From the IMG/VR virus record IMGVR_UViG_3300049203_000077, positions 64,001 to 104,734 of that record: DNA of 40,734 bases. The stretch is one strand, 5' to 3'. A program made the position numbers and the translations under genes. This document shows, piece by piece, positions 11,701-19,600 of this stretch (its first letter is position 1; each line of letters begins with the position of its first letter). Origin of the DNA: a virus (taxonomy: Duplodnaviria > Heunggongvirae > Uroviricota > Caudoviricetes). Under the pieces are notes generated by a model. That model did not search any database. It was not told the origin of the DNA and saw only the letters and a program-made list of their open reading frames with translations.

Positions 11701-14055
11701 TTAAAACTCGTATTTAAAGATGGTAAGACATACTACAAAATGTCTGTAGTTATTCTTCAACCAAATCTTACTGCTAGAAGGAATGAGCAAGGTGAGTGGA
11801 TAACTCGTCCGGGATGGGAAACCCTCGATAGTCTTAGAAGAAAGATGGAGAAAGACAGAATACATTTTGCTGCTCCAGAATCAGCTTCTAAAATGATGAC
11901 TTTAGATGTATCTAAAGCTGAAGACTTCTCAGACTTAAAAGGACATTTAGTTGATAATCAGTATTTTGGACTACAAACAGAAAATCCTTCTAATAAGCTT
12001 GAAATTACTACACCTACTCAGTTATTACAATTGATTGATTCTGAGCAAGATGATAGTGTAGAAGTAGTGTTCCAAGGCACAAGAACTAGTGTTGGAGAAG
12101 TTAAGAGAATTTATCAAGAGTCTGTAGCTCAGAAAGTAGTAAACTCTTATGATACAGCTCTTAATGAAATATACGATATTACAGAGTTTAATGAAGATAT
12201 GGATACTTTGATTGTTAATGGTCATGTAACTCCTCGTCTTGCTAAATTCTATCAGCGTATATCTTCTACATTAGAGTCATCAGGTAGTGATGCGCAATTA
12301 TTAGACTTCTTCTCATTAGATGAGAATGGAAATATTAGGTTTAACGCTAACCTATCAGCAATTAAAACTAAATCTCAACAGCTTTATCTGTCATACTTTT
12401 CTAAAGGAGTTCTTTCTCAGAAGAATCCTGGTTATACTGTAGCTCTGTTCTCAGGTATTGATACTAAAACTTCTAGAATAGCTAAAAGGGTTGAGAATGG
12501 AGTTGTTACAGAATGGGCTTACGTTAGAAGAGATGAATGGGACGCTAACCATAATGGGGTGAGAGATCAACAGATACTTGGTTCTAAAGATCAAGTGACT
12601 GAAGAAGGGCAATTATTCTTGGATGAACTTCAATACATGGTCCCTAAATATAATTATGAGGGAGAAGTAGAAGGGTATTATTCAGAAATGATGCTTCCTG
12701 CTCATTTTAAAGAGCTTCTTGGTCTTAGACCAGGGGATGAAATTCCTGATGCTATAGCTTATATGTTTGGTGTACGTATTCCTTCTCAAGATAAACACTC
12801 ATTCATTTCTTTAAAACTAATAGACTTCTTACCAGCTAACTTAGGGTCTACAGGTATGTTCCCTAAGGAGTTGATTAAACTATCAGGTGCTGACTTTGAC
12901 ATTGATAAACTCTTTATTACTAGATATGACTTCTATCTTACTAAAGATGCAGATGGCAATCCTAAATTTAATAAATATGGTGATGCTACGAATGATAGGG
13001 GTAGATGGATGGAGTATAAGAGATGGATGTTAGAAAACAATAAGTCTCTTAAAAACACTGTAAGAGATATTCTTTTACAAGACGCTACTTATCAGGAGCT
13101 TAAAGATGAGCAGCAGGTATTAAGAGAGCTTCAGATGGAAGAAGCATTTGACGATGCTGCTAGACAATTAAAAAAGCAACTTTATGACAGAGCTGTTTCT
13201 CAAGCTTTAGCGTATCTAAAACTTCCTTCTACACTAGAGCAGTTTACAGAAGCCTCAAGAACTAAAGAACTAAATAATGGTGTTCTGAATAATAGAATAC
13301 TAGATAGTTATCGTACTCTTTTAACAAATAGGGGAATGCATGAAATTGCTGCTACACCTGCTAGCTTAACAGCTCTACAGGACATTCAGGATGAGAATGA
13401 CATTACGTTGAGAGATGCTCAAGGAAATAAAATAGGCTCTGTTTTTCAAAAGAAAACAAATTATCCAGTAGATAGTTTAATGGGTAAATTCTATGGATTT
13501 AAGAATAACACTACAGGCAAAAACAATATTGGTATTGATGTTAATGCTAACTTAATATATTCAGTAGCTAATAAAGGAGATATATCCTTAACAGACCCTG
13601 AAGAAGGATTTGAAATGGACAGTAAGAAGTTTTCTAGCTTTTCTGGAAATAGAGAATATAATTTAGAAACTGAGCAGTTTGATGGAAAACGTACAAATGA
13701 CGTTCTTTCTACATTAATTACAGCTGCTACAGATGAGGCTAAAGAACAGTTAAATGCCTTGTATAACTTAGGAGTGGATGCTCTGAAAGTAGTAAACTAC
13801 TTGGTAGCTCTTAAAGTTCCTTTAAAGACAGCCATCTACTTTGTAAACCAGCCTTCTATTCGTAACTACTTGGATATTAAGGCTGTAAAGCAAAATACAA
13901 TTCAAACTAAAGAAGAAGAGAATCTCTATAGAGATGCCTTCAGGCAAGAAGCTGTATTAAAAACTCAAAAACAAATTAAGGATTATAAGGACATGTCTGA
14001 CAGCGAGCTATTCAGCATGTTTGAGGCTAATAGTTTAGTGGAGGTAAGATGTTAA
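2707..14055 (+). CDS. Giant virion-packaged DNA-dependent RNA polymerase of crAss-like type (3782 aa) with zincin-like metallopeptidase domain
   Basis: Catalytic GADFDIDKLF (DFDID at 12892-12906, residue 3396 onward) preceded by RIPSQDKHS; HEAFH zincin motif at 8386-8400; Gly-rich hydrophobic N-terminal segment; Q/P/T-rich linkers between domains. Confidence 0.9.
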   Translation: MPQQDPIKPGQVTNLPQNNYDPNAEAGRVVNKLPYVAPPTALNLLFNSTAPTTAEGASKVNPAYALYINTLKNANGKQAFLSQPYYTPETIAGRYGDKEIGGYHPYDMNLENWYGDNQSWFNQWGNRLGKLGTKAIGSFANSLMDIPNIIAQSATGQMSLDKMWDNPTNSWATDLMEWSEKAMPNYETNWEREHPFANLIPIYGALHGGSAANSWGKAIENLGFTVGAIGGAVVEDLIVGGLTGGVGEVPLAAMQINKAVYKLGKLVNAGEDFLGALKSNIRNADDIVKGLKGIDRFNYAVRQGLWGANMITSGISEAAFEGIESYKTLSKDLQQKYFEETGKAPSFEENQKIDALARDAANSRFLLNTALLAATNSIQWGNLFRPLNATKELLEAEAKQGVRIALKEGSVDAFEAVEHTSRLAKWGKNLTDNKVSQILFGSSSEGFEEGAQYIIEKGINDFYKRKYEDKNITLTNNFLKSFGTGLAETLGTKEGWENIVQGLLGGALYKGGEHAYYKARGINNNPNYKKQIDAVIDGLNSQSLTGIFENKYGTAVEAMSIQQDLQDAAAKNNVFAYKNYKHDQFVNFVLSGIQQNKFDTRLEQLQELKKLEGSEFEKMFGIPSNTENKKTVSEYVGKLEENAKYIKEIHKRVSRTFVNPYQLKGTGNYKNAEEKKRQDEENEKHIIYEKVKNELVRLMSISKDSADRIRDMHSQITSMQTVVDPSTVIKLSSIEGIQDLKKEYKEKLKLAEESLKLAPNDAKNKRDVKWYSKKVSEIEDVTNEKDEKTQNVKYNKFLNDVFDRTQKEDNKFYKLYGTDSQKLSVDTPFPRDVIKDLTDLGKDIYYLQKRNEVAVDRYASLTTKGGFKEHFDKEATARKEANDLLVNLQQPQTQGQAAQQQAAFNASQVQQNQAPTPQPQAATTNTTAQTPSSQPPTAIPQQQGYVEELGIIKTADEERAELITYMIEAIDEKRVLSEIEAEILGFKTIDDLKFDNPSVKVEDYEKIRTQSKRHYYLHKDTIKAGREFLEEYNKRPSTISNLVSEIEKKRKDALQGIKLSDVQVGDKLQVSSNLSGGFKNKDVVVTRRSKLGVQFDNENVWYNFKNSTLSIVNFKNYSQEERINAKYDAELAVLRGGASQESNENQGGAPPITPNDPPPTTGTGGLRTDDFMAKVFVPGDLKLSFNNAIFSGTRDQVKTGMSIRVRPLEPQFQQQFDQQSATRSYTQMTGFPGVYVSKAPVDISVSHFNGIEVNEIGKVAYPKRLLFRVGNDFVNIDRLTPEQYQHFTGRPAAQHAADVEEYNKQVAFTNYLALRFRNNNLQEITLTPQEINELLDIVITYGELDLIPVGQERPLYNQLRRNTVSLPISTGGTLNTMVILSAPKRQMDEDGVMVRERIGSINPIYGQNFYDNSSADDSVILDFISNSADSIIKVNSRYIGLVSKPDGSFSLIALRPAEMDTAAKTSLLQTLIDRSTESLRTNFVPSTKEESPKNVLLIGNDEVYYKLPSDAAKDYNKDFNDNINNQVFISDPNGKVWFEITLSPIGALRLDIHEPNSGYRNRLIVAPQKVGKLDSFQAMIDAFNNELVKKEKDDETLRGLAIRLNSSNFRQNIADDSNIPNAEALASQLTAATSTEVFKNGTMKLVPDTGNVASAYKNARGSTQQATPEQTAQEQPPVAPETPATPAMPQGLTSLTEQQPQEYGTLEDVFGPQIPTGMFQGMTGVPVDESGNPIAPIETAPQNQEEAQGIVYTSVKEALNANDIDYRTVEGETQFFNISTGQLLDLPGVAPKDLADSMGLTIAPQQRPQRGTGFDFMRSEQNLSTLNNMVDFENARVYINSILPSFISVEDMDAVMNKIREQGIENPEKNVWGAFKDGIIYLNKQAPSAGQEYHEAFHAVFNSFIPQEEQKSLLNYANDELYKKLKKEGKSIREYINEQRKQGVWTNISDTHAANKAAEEWMAEKFRSWKNKKKNAGILQRLFDLIDRFFRWITRNQNDLNALFHKIDTGGYKYSNIAANSFTQETTEDTNIQEFKFMLVPARPTQMAVGRGTIEVKRNLDAKTSTQVIQNVAAYFEMYKRMGEYQLSDEKLLDQILDDLKTTYSADNPLYEGMTQEQLNIIANSDENYIYSNDETRAIIKEGAKEYINSMNYFEQFQSEELEDQEQDTGAPRTGYDNSSENIGGFSSLPGMVRHYLGFTSYPVTNRFGQSTLANGKPVIATIDAVSVYYGLLRATANINDPVRFFQRMIRFADNNEQSRHFVKKFLVDTGLNEDALNEGRIEATRNKALVEQVRKAFNKYRIDYIFTEYDMKKGKYRSYHANRRNVENVQFDKWSNVFIDGYSEMSADQQATIRRTIDNIRNRYFDPRRATKRTADEINVIVTEVRNALLSVGMQLSFDYIRYSLLSINAKRFDTLNKEYKAQGAELQVDDPQNTFISKADYNYVQVMKIADEVTLSKEFMDELSRSLSANENPYFRVLREGEDIDEEEEKSKGGMVTRISNVAKGNALFDETVGESSYMNADDKLVFAHQDGTFNVKASYALRDAETRRRLRETGIRNEASAATDSYDSAWLTDNYLLNSASFEAVADNLLFQNIDGIRAVETNKEGKVITEEFRDQKEGVTYGSYSPREFFINLTNMYISYAKVQKTAAGDVITTPHLIRVLEASKTANTVNLPINLDVYREGTVTEKTADILFKEVQKEFNRIKRVQGEVGTLTDSIVENYHTGSFEDDGFTVRKGYRGLKFTDNMTSLLTKSTANLLERKARTNLELSQEDVATIKQEIKNSLNKMVDDAIDLMVAEGIIKIGPKGSYQNVLLHREFFVQGKDSLGLNLQSVDKGVKFKTNIGHVLINDYINTLAYNQILHGDPALSLKNDGGIDAVKRAKGDNAAITSIRTDLTAPELGITEAFTHSSVAIFKEPVAPDGTKVADAQMYATVRALRYTLWGLGRLSPRLARFLDALERGDDIHNLTDSNGETYDGVFDDSKGILRWDEMTNSLKLVFKDGKTYYKMSVVILQPNLTARRNEQGEWITRPGWETLDSLRRKMEKDRIHFAAPESASKMMTLDVSKAEDFSDLKGHLVDNQYFGLQTENPSNKLEITTPTQLLQLIDSEQDDSVEVVFQGTRTSVGEVKRIYQESVAQKVVNSYDTALNEIYDITEFNEDMDTLIVNGHVTPRLAKFYQRISSTLESSGSDAQLLDFFSLDENGNIRFNANLSAIKTKSQQLYLSYFSKGVLSQKNPGYTVALFSGIDTKTSRIAKRVENGVVTEWAYVRRDEWDANHNGVRDQQILGSKDQVTEEGQLFLDELQYMVPKYNYEGEVEGYYSEMMLPAHFKELLGLRPGDEIPDAIAYMFGVRIPSQDKHSFISLKLIDFLPANLGSTGMFPKELIKLSGADFDIDKLFITRYDFYLTKDADGNPKFNKYGDATNDRGRWMEYKRWMLENNKSLKNTVRDILLQDATYQELKDEQQVLRELQMEEAFDDAARQLKKQLYDRAVSQALAYLKLPSTLEQFTEASRTKELNNGVLNNRILDSYRTLLTNRGMHEIAATPASLTALQDIQDENDITLRDAQGNKIGSVFQKKTNYPVDSLMGKFYGFKNNTTGKNNIGIDVNANLIYSVANKGDISLTDPEEGFEMDSKKFSSFSGNREYNLETEQFDGKRTNDVLSTLITAATDEAKEQLNALYNLGVDALKVVNYLVALKVPLKTAIYFVNQPSIRNYLDIKAVKQNTIQTKEEENLYRDAFRQEAVLKTQKQIKDYKDMSDSELFSMFEANSLVEVRC

Positions 14056-14074
14056 CAATAATCATCACTTCCAC

Positions 14075-14116
14075 TTACCTTCATAAAAAAGTGTAATTAA
14101 ATTAGTATATTTGCTT
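14075..14116 (+). promoter_or_regulatory. Internal promoter (TATATTTG at 14106-14113), near-copy of the 155-197 promoter
   Basis: 37 of 43 positions identical to 155-197 by manual alignment; ATG is 5 nt after the box. Confidence 0.7.
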
Positions 14117-14117
14117 T

Positions 14118-16697
14118 ATGGCTTGTACTTATGTCGTAAAAAATAGTGCTGGAGAGGAAATCTCATTTAATAGTCAAGGGGAAGCTCTTCAATATCTCAA
14201 GGATAATAATATAGCTGAGTCTAGCGTTAAAGGAGAACCTGCACGTAACACTGCTACGTTAGCTAATGTGTTACGTCAAGTAGCTTTTGGAGAAAATAAT
14301 TATTCTCCTGAACAACTGCGTGTCTTCCAAGAACAAATGTTGGATGAGTTTATAAGAATGGAAGAACAATCTCAGTTCTTCTATAAGATGGGTAGTCCCA
14401 TTGCCCTTACAAAAGGTTTGGGAAAGAGCTTTGATCAGATGGCAGGAGTTGTTAAAAATCTTACTGATCTTGGTATTGGACTTCCTGCTGATACTGAAAT
14501 AGATGCTCCGTTTGATGTGCGATATCTTCTTTCAGGAGAAGACAGATATAGATCTGCTGATCAAAATCCTTATTATCATAAGATTACTGCGAATAACATT
14601 AAGATAATGAAGGATGTTTATTCTTTGAGTAAGACAATGTTTATGGAGCAAGCTCCTTCCTTTATGAATATATCAGATAGAGTGATATCAAATCTTAAAG
14701 GAGGTCTGGCTGATGACATTGATAAAGTGAGAGAGATTAAAGATGATTTGGCAGCCTTCTTACAAATAGCTGCTTACAAACAGTGGATAGACGTAAATGA
14801 TAAGAAAACAAGTACATTACATAACAGTCTTATTTATGATACTGAAGGAACTACTTCTACTGTTGTAGATATTGTTAAAGAAGCTATTGCACTCTCTCCT
14901 GATAATACTTTCTTAAAATTTATTCTCCCTGTAAGCACCACTGTAAAAATAGGAAAAAGAAAGGTAAGAAACATAAATAATAAGGATATTATTAATACTA
15001 TCGAAGGTAAAACTCGTGGTAAAATAGAACCAGACCTTATTGCTAACATGATGGACTCATTCTCAGAACTTTATCTAAATCCTAGAACTCAATATCATGC
15101 TAAAGCACTATTTGATTACCTTATAGTGAAAGATGGTTTGATGTATAGAAATAAGTCGTTTATTAAAATGATTCCTACATTCATGTTCAAGGAGATGTCT
15201 AATGCTACTGATCTAGCTACAGAACTTCTCTCCCTTTCTCAAAGAGCTGAATTTAGTAGGTTTCTTAGAAAGATAGACACTCTGGAAATAGTAGATTCTG
15301 AAGGAAACTATAGAAGCTATTTCTCAGATGCTGATAGACAGCAATTCAATGATCTGTTTAGAAATAATGACCTTTTAGGTATAAAAAATAAATTATATGA
15401 AAAAGTTTTTGGTCTTAACTACAATCAACTTTATAATAGGTTTGAACAGATTTATGCTACAGATGCCCGGTATCAGTTTAATTTGGAGCTAATTAGGACT
15501 AAGGTAAAACCTGCGACAGGTCCAGCAAGGACGGCTAACGGTATAGCCTTTGCGGAGGATGCTGGAGTTCGTTATTTACACGTAGGTATGTTTACTGAGA
15601 AATTTAGAGCTACAGAAGAAGGTAGTGAAGAAAGATCTAAAGTGTTTAGGGAAACAATGGAAGATCTTGCTGCGGCTGGATTTAACAGTGTAAAAGTTGG
15701 GGAAGATAAAACAAATCTTCAATTTAAGAAATTTATTCGTATAAGAAGAAGTGCAGGAACATCACCTACAGGGGAACAAAAAATTGTATATGTTACGTAT
15801 CAACTTGTAAATGTTGAAAGACAAGGAGCAAATAATAGAACACAAGCTTTCTCAGGAGCAGCTATGACTGCAGAAGGTGAGTCTATTCCTAGAGGTGTTT
15901 ATGCTGTTTATGCTCCTGTAGATATTGTAGGTACATCAAACTCTACAGGCGTAGCTAATTTAGGACCGCGTCCTACAAAAGAACAAGTGATTCAAACTCT
16001 CAATAATAAGTTAAGAGGTGGTGGACAAAATCCTCCAGCAGCACCTACTACTGAGCCTTCTGGTCCTACTGGTGGTACACCTATAAGCGGTGGAACCTAT
16101 TCAGGACAAATAACTTCTCTTAGTGAGAATCAAGTATTTGTGTTTGGTTCTAATCCACTAGGTGTAAATGGAAATCCTGATAAAGGAACTGGTGGAGCAG
16201 CTCTTTCAGCTCTTAAAAATGGATGGGTGAAACAAGGTGAGAAAATGGACAATAAGGTGTCTGATTCTGGGAAGGCTTATGGTTTAACAACCGTAACTGC
16301 TCCCGGAACTAAAAGAAGTATGACTGCTGAACAGATAACAAGCGGCATTGAGAAACTCTACAAACTTGCTTATGGTAACCCTCAGAAACAATTCCTTATA
16401 GCTTATATGGGTAAGACAGGAAATAATCTGAATGGGTATTCTAACCAAGAGCTTGCAGATATGTTCTCAGCATTTGTTATTCCACCAAATATTATTTTTG
16501 AGAAAGACTTTAATACACTAATTACTAGAAAGACTCCTACTTCTAAAACAGAATCAACAGGAATAGTACAAGGAGGTATATTTGGAGGAATGCAACAAAT
16601 GCCTTTTGATCCTAATGATCTTTCAGGATTTGATGCAGGTTTTTTTACTGATAGTAGTAGTATTGATGACACATTAGACAAACTAGATGACTGTTAA
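14118..16697 (+). CDS. Virion cargo protein (859 aa): probable split-off C-terminal part of the vRNAP plus a C-terminal macro-like (FVFGSN / A1S_2505-type) domain
   Basis: Follows an RNAP ORF that ends only about 386 aa after DFDID; G/P/T linker, then QVFVFGSN...GTGGAA...KAYGLTT...PQKQFLIAY...GYSNQELADMF (16110-16526). Confidence 0.7.
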   Translation: MACTYVVKNSAGEEISFNSQGEALQYLKDNNIAESSVKGEPARNTATLANVLRQVAFGENNYSPEQLRVFQEQMLDEFIRMEEQSQFFYKMGSPIALTKGLGKSFDQMAGVVKNLTDLGIGLPADTEIDAPFDVRYLLSGEDRYRSADQNPYYHKITANNIKIMKDVYSLSKTMFMEQAPSFMNISDRVISNLKGGLADDIDKVREIKDDLAAFLQIAAYKQWIDVNDKKTSTLHNSLIYDTEGTTSTVVDIVKEAIALSPDNTFLKFILPVSTTVKIGKRKVRNINNKDIINTIEGKTRGKIEPDLIANMMDSFSELYLNPRTQYHAKALFDYLIVKDGLMYRNKSFIKMIPTFMFKEMSNATDLATELLSLSQRAEFSRFLRKIDTLEIVDSEGNYRSYFSDADRQQFNDLFRNNDLLGIKNKLYEKVFGLNYNQLYNRFEQIYATDARYQFNLELIRTKVKPATGPARTANGIAFAEDAGVRYLHVGMFTEKFRATEEGSEERSKVFRETMEDLAAAGFNSVKVGEDKTNLQFKKFIRIRRSAGTSPTGEQKIVYVTYQLVNVERQGANNRTQAFSGAAMTAEGESIPRGVYAVYAPVDIVGTSNSTGVANLGPRPTKEQVIQTLNNKLRGGGQNPPAAPTTEPSGPTGGTPISGGTYSGQITSLSENQVFVFGSNPLGVNGNPDKGTGGAALSALKNGWVKQGEKMDNKVSDSGKAYGLTTVTAPGTKRSMTAEQITSGIEKLYKLAYGNPQKQFLIAYMGKTGNNLNGYSNQELADMFSAFVIPPNIIFEKDFNTLITRKTPTSKTESTGIVQGGIFGGMQQMPFDPNDLSGFDAGFFTDSSSIDDTLDKLDDC

Positions 16698-16699
16698 AT

Positions 16700-19600
16700 A
16701 TGAAATGTAGCGTAATAAGAAATAGTAATAATGAAATTCAACAAGTATTGGCTTCAAATGGTGAGGAGTCAATACTTTTTAATATCCTTGATAGAGTATT
16801 GAATGATAAGGAAAAGGCTCTAAGACTATGGGCTACCACTTATACTCCTGACTTCAAGAAGAAATTCAAAGGAGAACGAGATGAGAATGGCGAACCTCTT
16901 TTAAGAGAGATTTCCTCTATGGTTGAAATGGATAATCCTAATGCTAGTGACAGCATCTATTTTCAGAAAGGAGATAACTCTTCATTTGAACTATTCGGAA
17001 AGATTCAAACAATTGCTCAGAAGCTAAATAACAGATTCAATATTCCCTATAGTATTATTAATGATCCCAGCAATCCTAATAGAGGATGGTTTGGGGTTAA
17101 TGGTGTGGTTATTAATTTAGCTCATGCTAAGAAAGATACAGTGTTTCATGAATATTTACACCCATTTATTCTAGCTGTACAACAGCAGAATCCCTTTCTT
17201 TATAAAGACTTATTAGTTCAACTTAGCAGTGATTTAGAAGGAATTAAAGTAATAGGTGAAGTAACTAGAAAATATCCTGAGCTTACTAAAGAGCAACAAA
17301 TGAATGAAGCTTTAGTAGAGTATTTAGGAAAACTATCAGCTCAAAAATATAACACTCCAAAATCTCCTTTTAATCGTTTTATTAACTGGTTAAAATCTTT
17401 ATTTAAGAAGATACAAATTGATCCTAAGAACTTTAGGATTGATATGACTCTTGATGAAGTTGCTGATTTAATAGTAGATGATATTTATGTAGCCGACTTA
17501 CGAGCTATTCTTCAAGATGCTAAGATACAAACGGTATATCAAAAGCCTGACACAGACTTAACATATGAGTCTGTTTATCAAAGAATTAAAGATAAAGTAT
17601 CTATCCTAAACAGAACAATTAAGAATAGAAAGAAAGGTGACCAATTTAAGGAAGATATTAGTGTGCTTAATGAAATCATCCAAAATCAGGATGAGATAAC
17701 GTCTATAAATAACTTTATATCAAACTCAATATACTATATTGACGCAGCTAAGAAAAGATTTGAGACTTTAAGAGATTCTGTAAGAAAAGCTGATCAGCTA
17801 ACAAAGGATCAACTTTCTTATAATTTGAATATTCTTGGTGAAATTCAGCAGCTTTTGAACGTATACAACTCATTAGATAGTGTCAAATCTCTTTTGTTTA
17901 GGGAGGGTATTGGATACGACAATCCAAGATTTCAAGAACTTGCTACAGCTATAGATCAAAAAAATCAGATTATTGAGGATTTTAAATCATTCAGCCTCAC
18001 CTATCTAACAGAATGGTTATTTCCATATCTTGAGCCTACAAATAGAAACTTAGAAGCTCAAGGCAAACAAAACATGATGATTACTAAAGATCAATTCAGA
18101 GAGCAATTAGTAATGGCTTTAAGAGATATTTCTGCTGCTGGATATTGGTTAGGTACAACTATCAATAGTCGTGATCCTGTATCTGCTGCCGTAGGATTGG
18201 CTCTTAAAGATGTGGTGTATGATAATCATCTAAAAGACCTTGATACAAAGAAAGAGCTTACAAATGAATATGAAAGGGCAAGAGGTTCAGCTCTTTACAA
18301 AAGCTCCAAAGACGAAGAGACTTTTAACAAAGAGTTCTTAAGAGAAGTTGAAGTATGGGAGAAAGTGGGAGTTGATCCTGAAACAGGTGAAGATAAATAT
18401 GATTACAGAAGACGTTTAGCCTTTTATCAAGAGTACCAACTGGATCAATTTGACAAGGCCAAGAAAGAATTTTATAGACAACTTGGGCCTAAACCTACTA
18501 ACGATGCAAAAGCTTTAAGAGCTTGGAACAAAGCCCAAAGTGAATGGTATGCTCAGAATACACAAATTCACCCTGATTATCAAAGAATTATAAGTGAGAA
18601 AAGAAGAACTCTTACTAAGAGACAATTTGAAGAGTGGTGGTTAACAAATACTAAAGAGATAGATGAATTGGATTATGGATATGGTAGAAAACTCTCTCAT
18701 TATTATGGAAGAAGAGTATTACAGAACTCTTTTAACCCAACAAAAGGAACATTTCGTGCTCTTTCCGGTGAGCTTATTAGGCCTGCGGAAAAATACAAGG
18801 ATAGGAAGTTTTCTACTCTTATGAATAATGCTTATTATAGGAAACTCTATAATTCTTATAAAGAAGCTAATGACAAACTTGGAAGTTTTGGACTTAAATA
18901 TGGTATTATTCCACAGCTATCTAAAGGACAAAATGCTTTTTCTGATTTAGAATGGAAAGATGGAGTTAAGAAAAATCTAGGGAAAGCCTGGAAAGGAGTG
19001 AAGGATTCTATTACGGCTAACTTTGATGAGGAAAAAACTGTTCAAAGACAAGATGGTGCTGAGGTTAAGAAAGTGCCGGTTTACTACACAACAATGTTAA
19101 ATCCAAGTGATCTTAAACTAGATTTACTTGAAGGTGTTCTAAAGTATAGTCAGATGGCAAATAACTACTCTACTATGACTGAAATTGAGCCTAATATTAT
19201 TGTTCTTAAAACTGTACTTAATGGAGACTTTAATCTAGGTATTAAAGGTAGAGATGTAGCTAAAACAAACTCTAAGGGTATTCAAGTATTCAATGCTATT
19301 ACTAAGAAAGTGGTTCCTAAGATGGCGCGTGAAGACATGCTGAATAATCGTTTAAACGAGTTTATTAATGACATTGTTTACGGAGATGCAGAGTTTGAAC
19401 AAGCTATTAATATGGGTGGAAGAGAAGTATCTTTAAACAAGCTATCTAATAAGGTGGCACTACTTACAGCATTACAAAACATGGCGGTTAACGTAAATGG
19501 AGGTATAAGTAACGTTATTGTAGGTAACTTTAACAATACTATTGAAGCTATGGGTAGACGCTTCTATTCAGCAAAAGACTATGCTTGGGCTCAAGGAGTA

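Noticed and set aside
14040-14130. Sequencing frameshift or stop read-through as the explanation for the RNAP split
   Set aside because: The gap contains a near-exact promoter copy, and both new termini carry the Cys pattern seen at the next junction, which an error would not create. Raw reads are still needed for certainty.
758-16681. Short ORFs from the track lying antisense or off-frame within the giant cargo genes (e.g. 758-970, 1622-1888, 4528-4761, 8297-8662, 14834-15049, 16403-16681)
   Set aside because: Fully nested in long ORFs, no recognisable motifs or promoters, and composition typical of shadow frames in AT-rich DNA.
16820-16910. YTPDFKKKFKGERDENGEPLL resembles the lead-in of polyvalent-protein ADP-ribosyltransferase domains
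   Set aside because: The expected YHG catalytic strand and the rest of the ART domain do not follow; at most a remnant or a shared structural motif.
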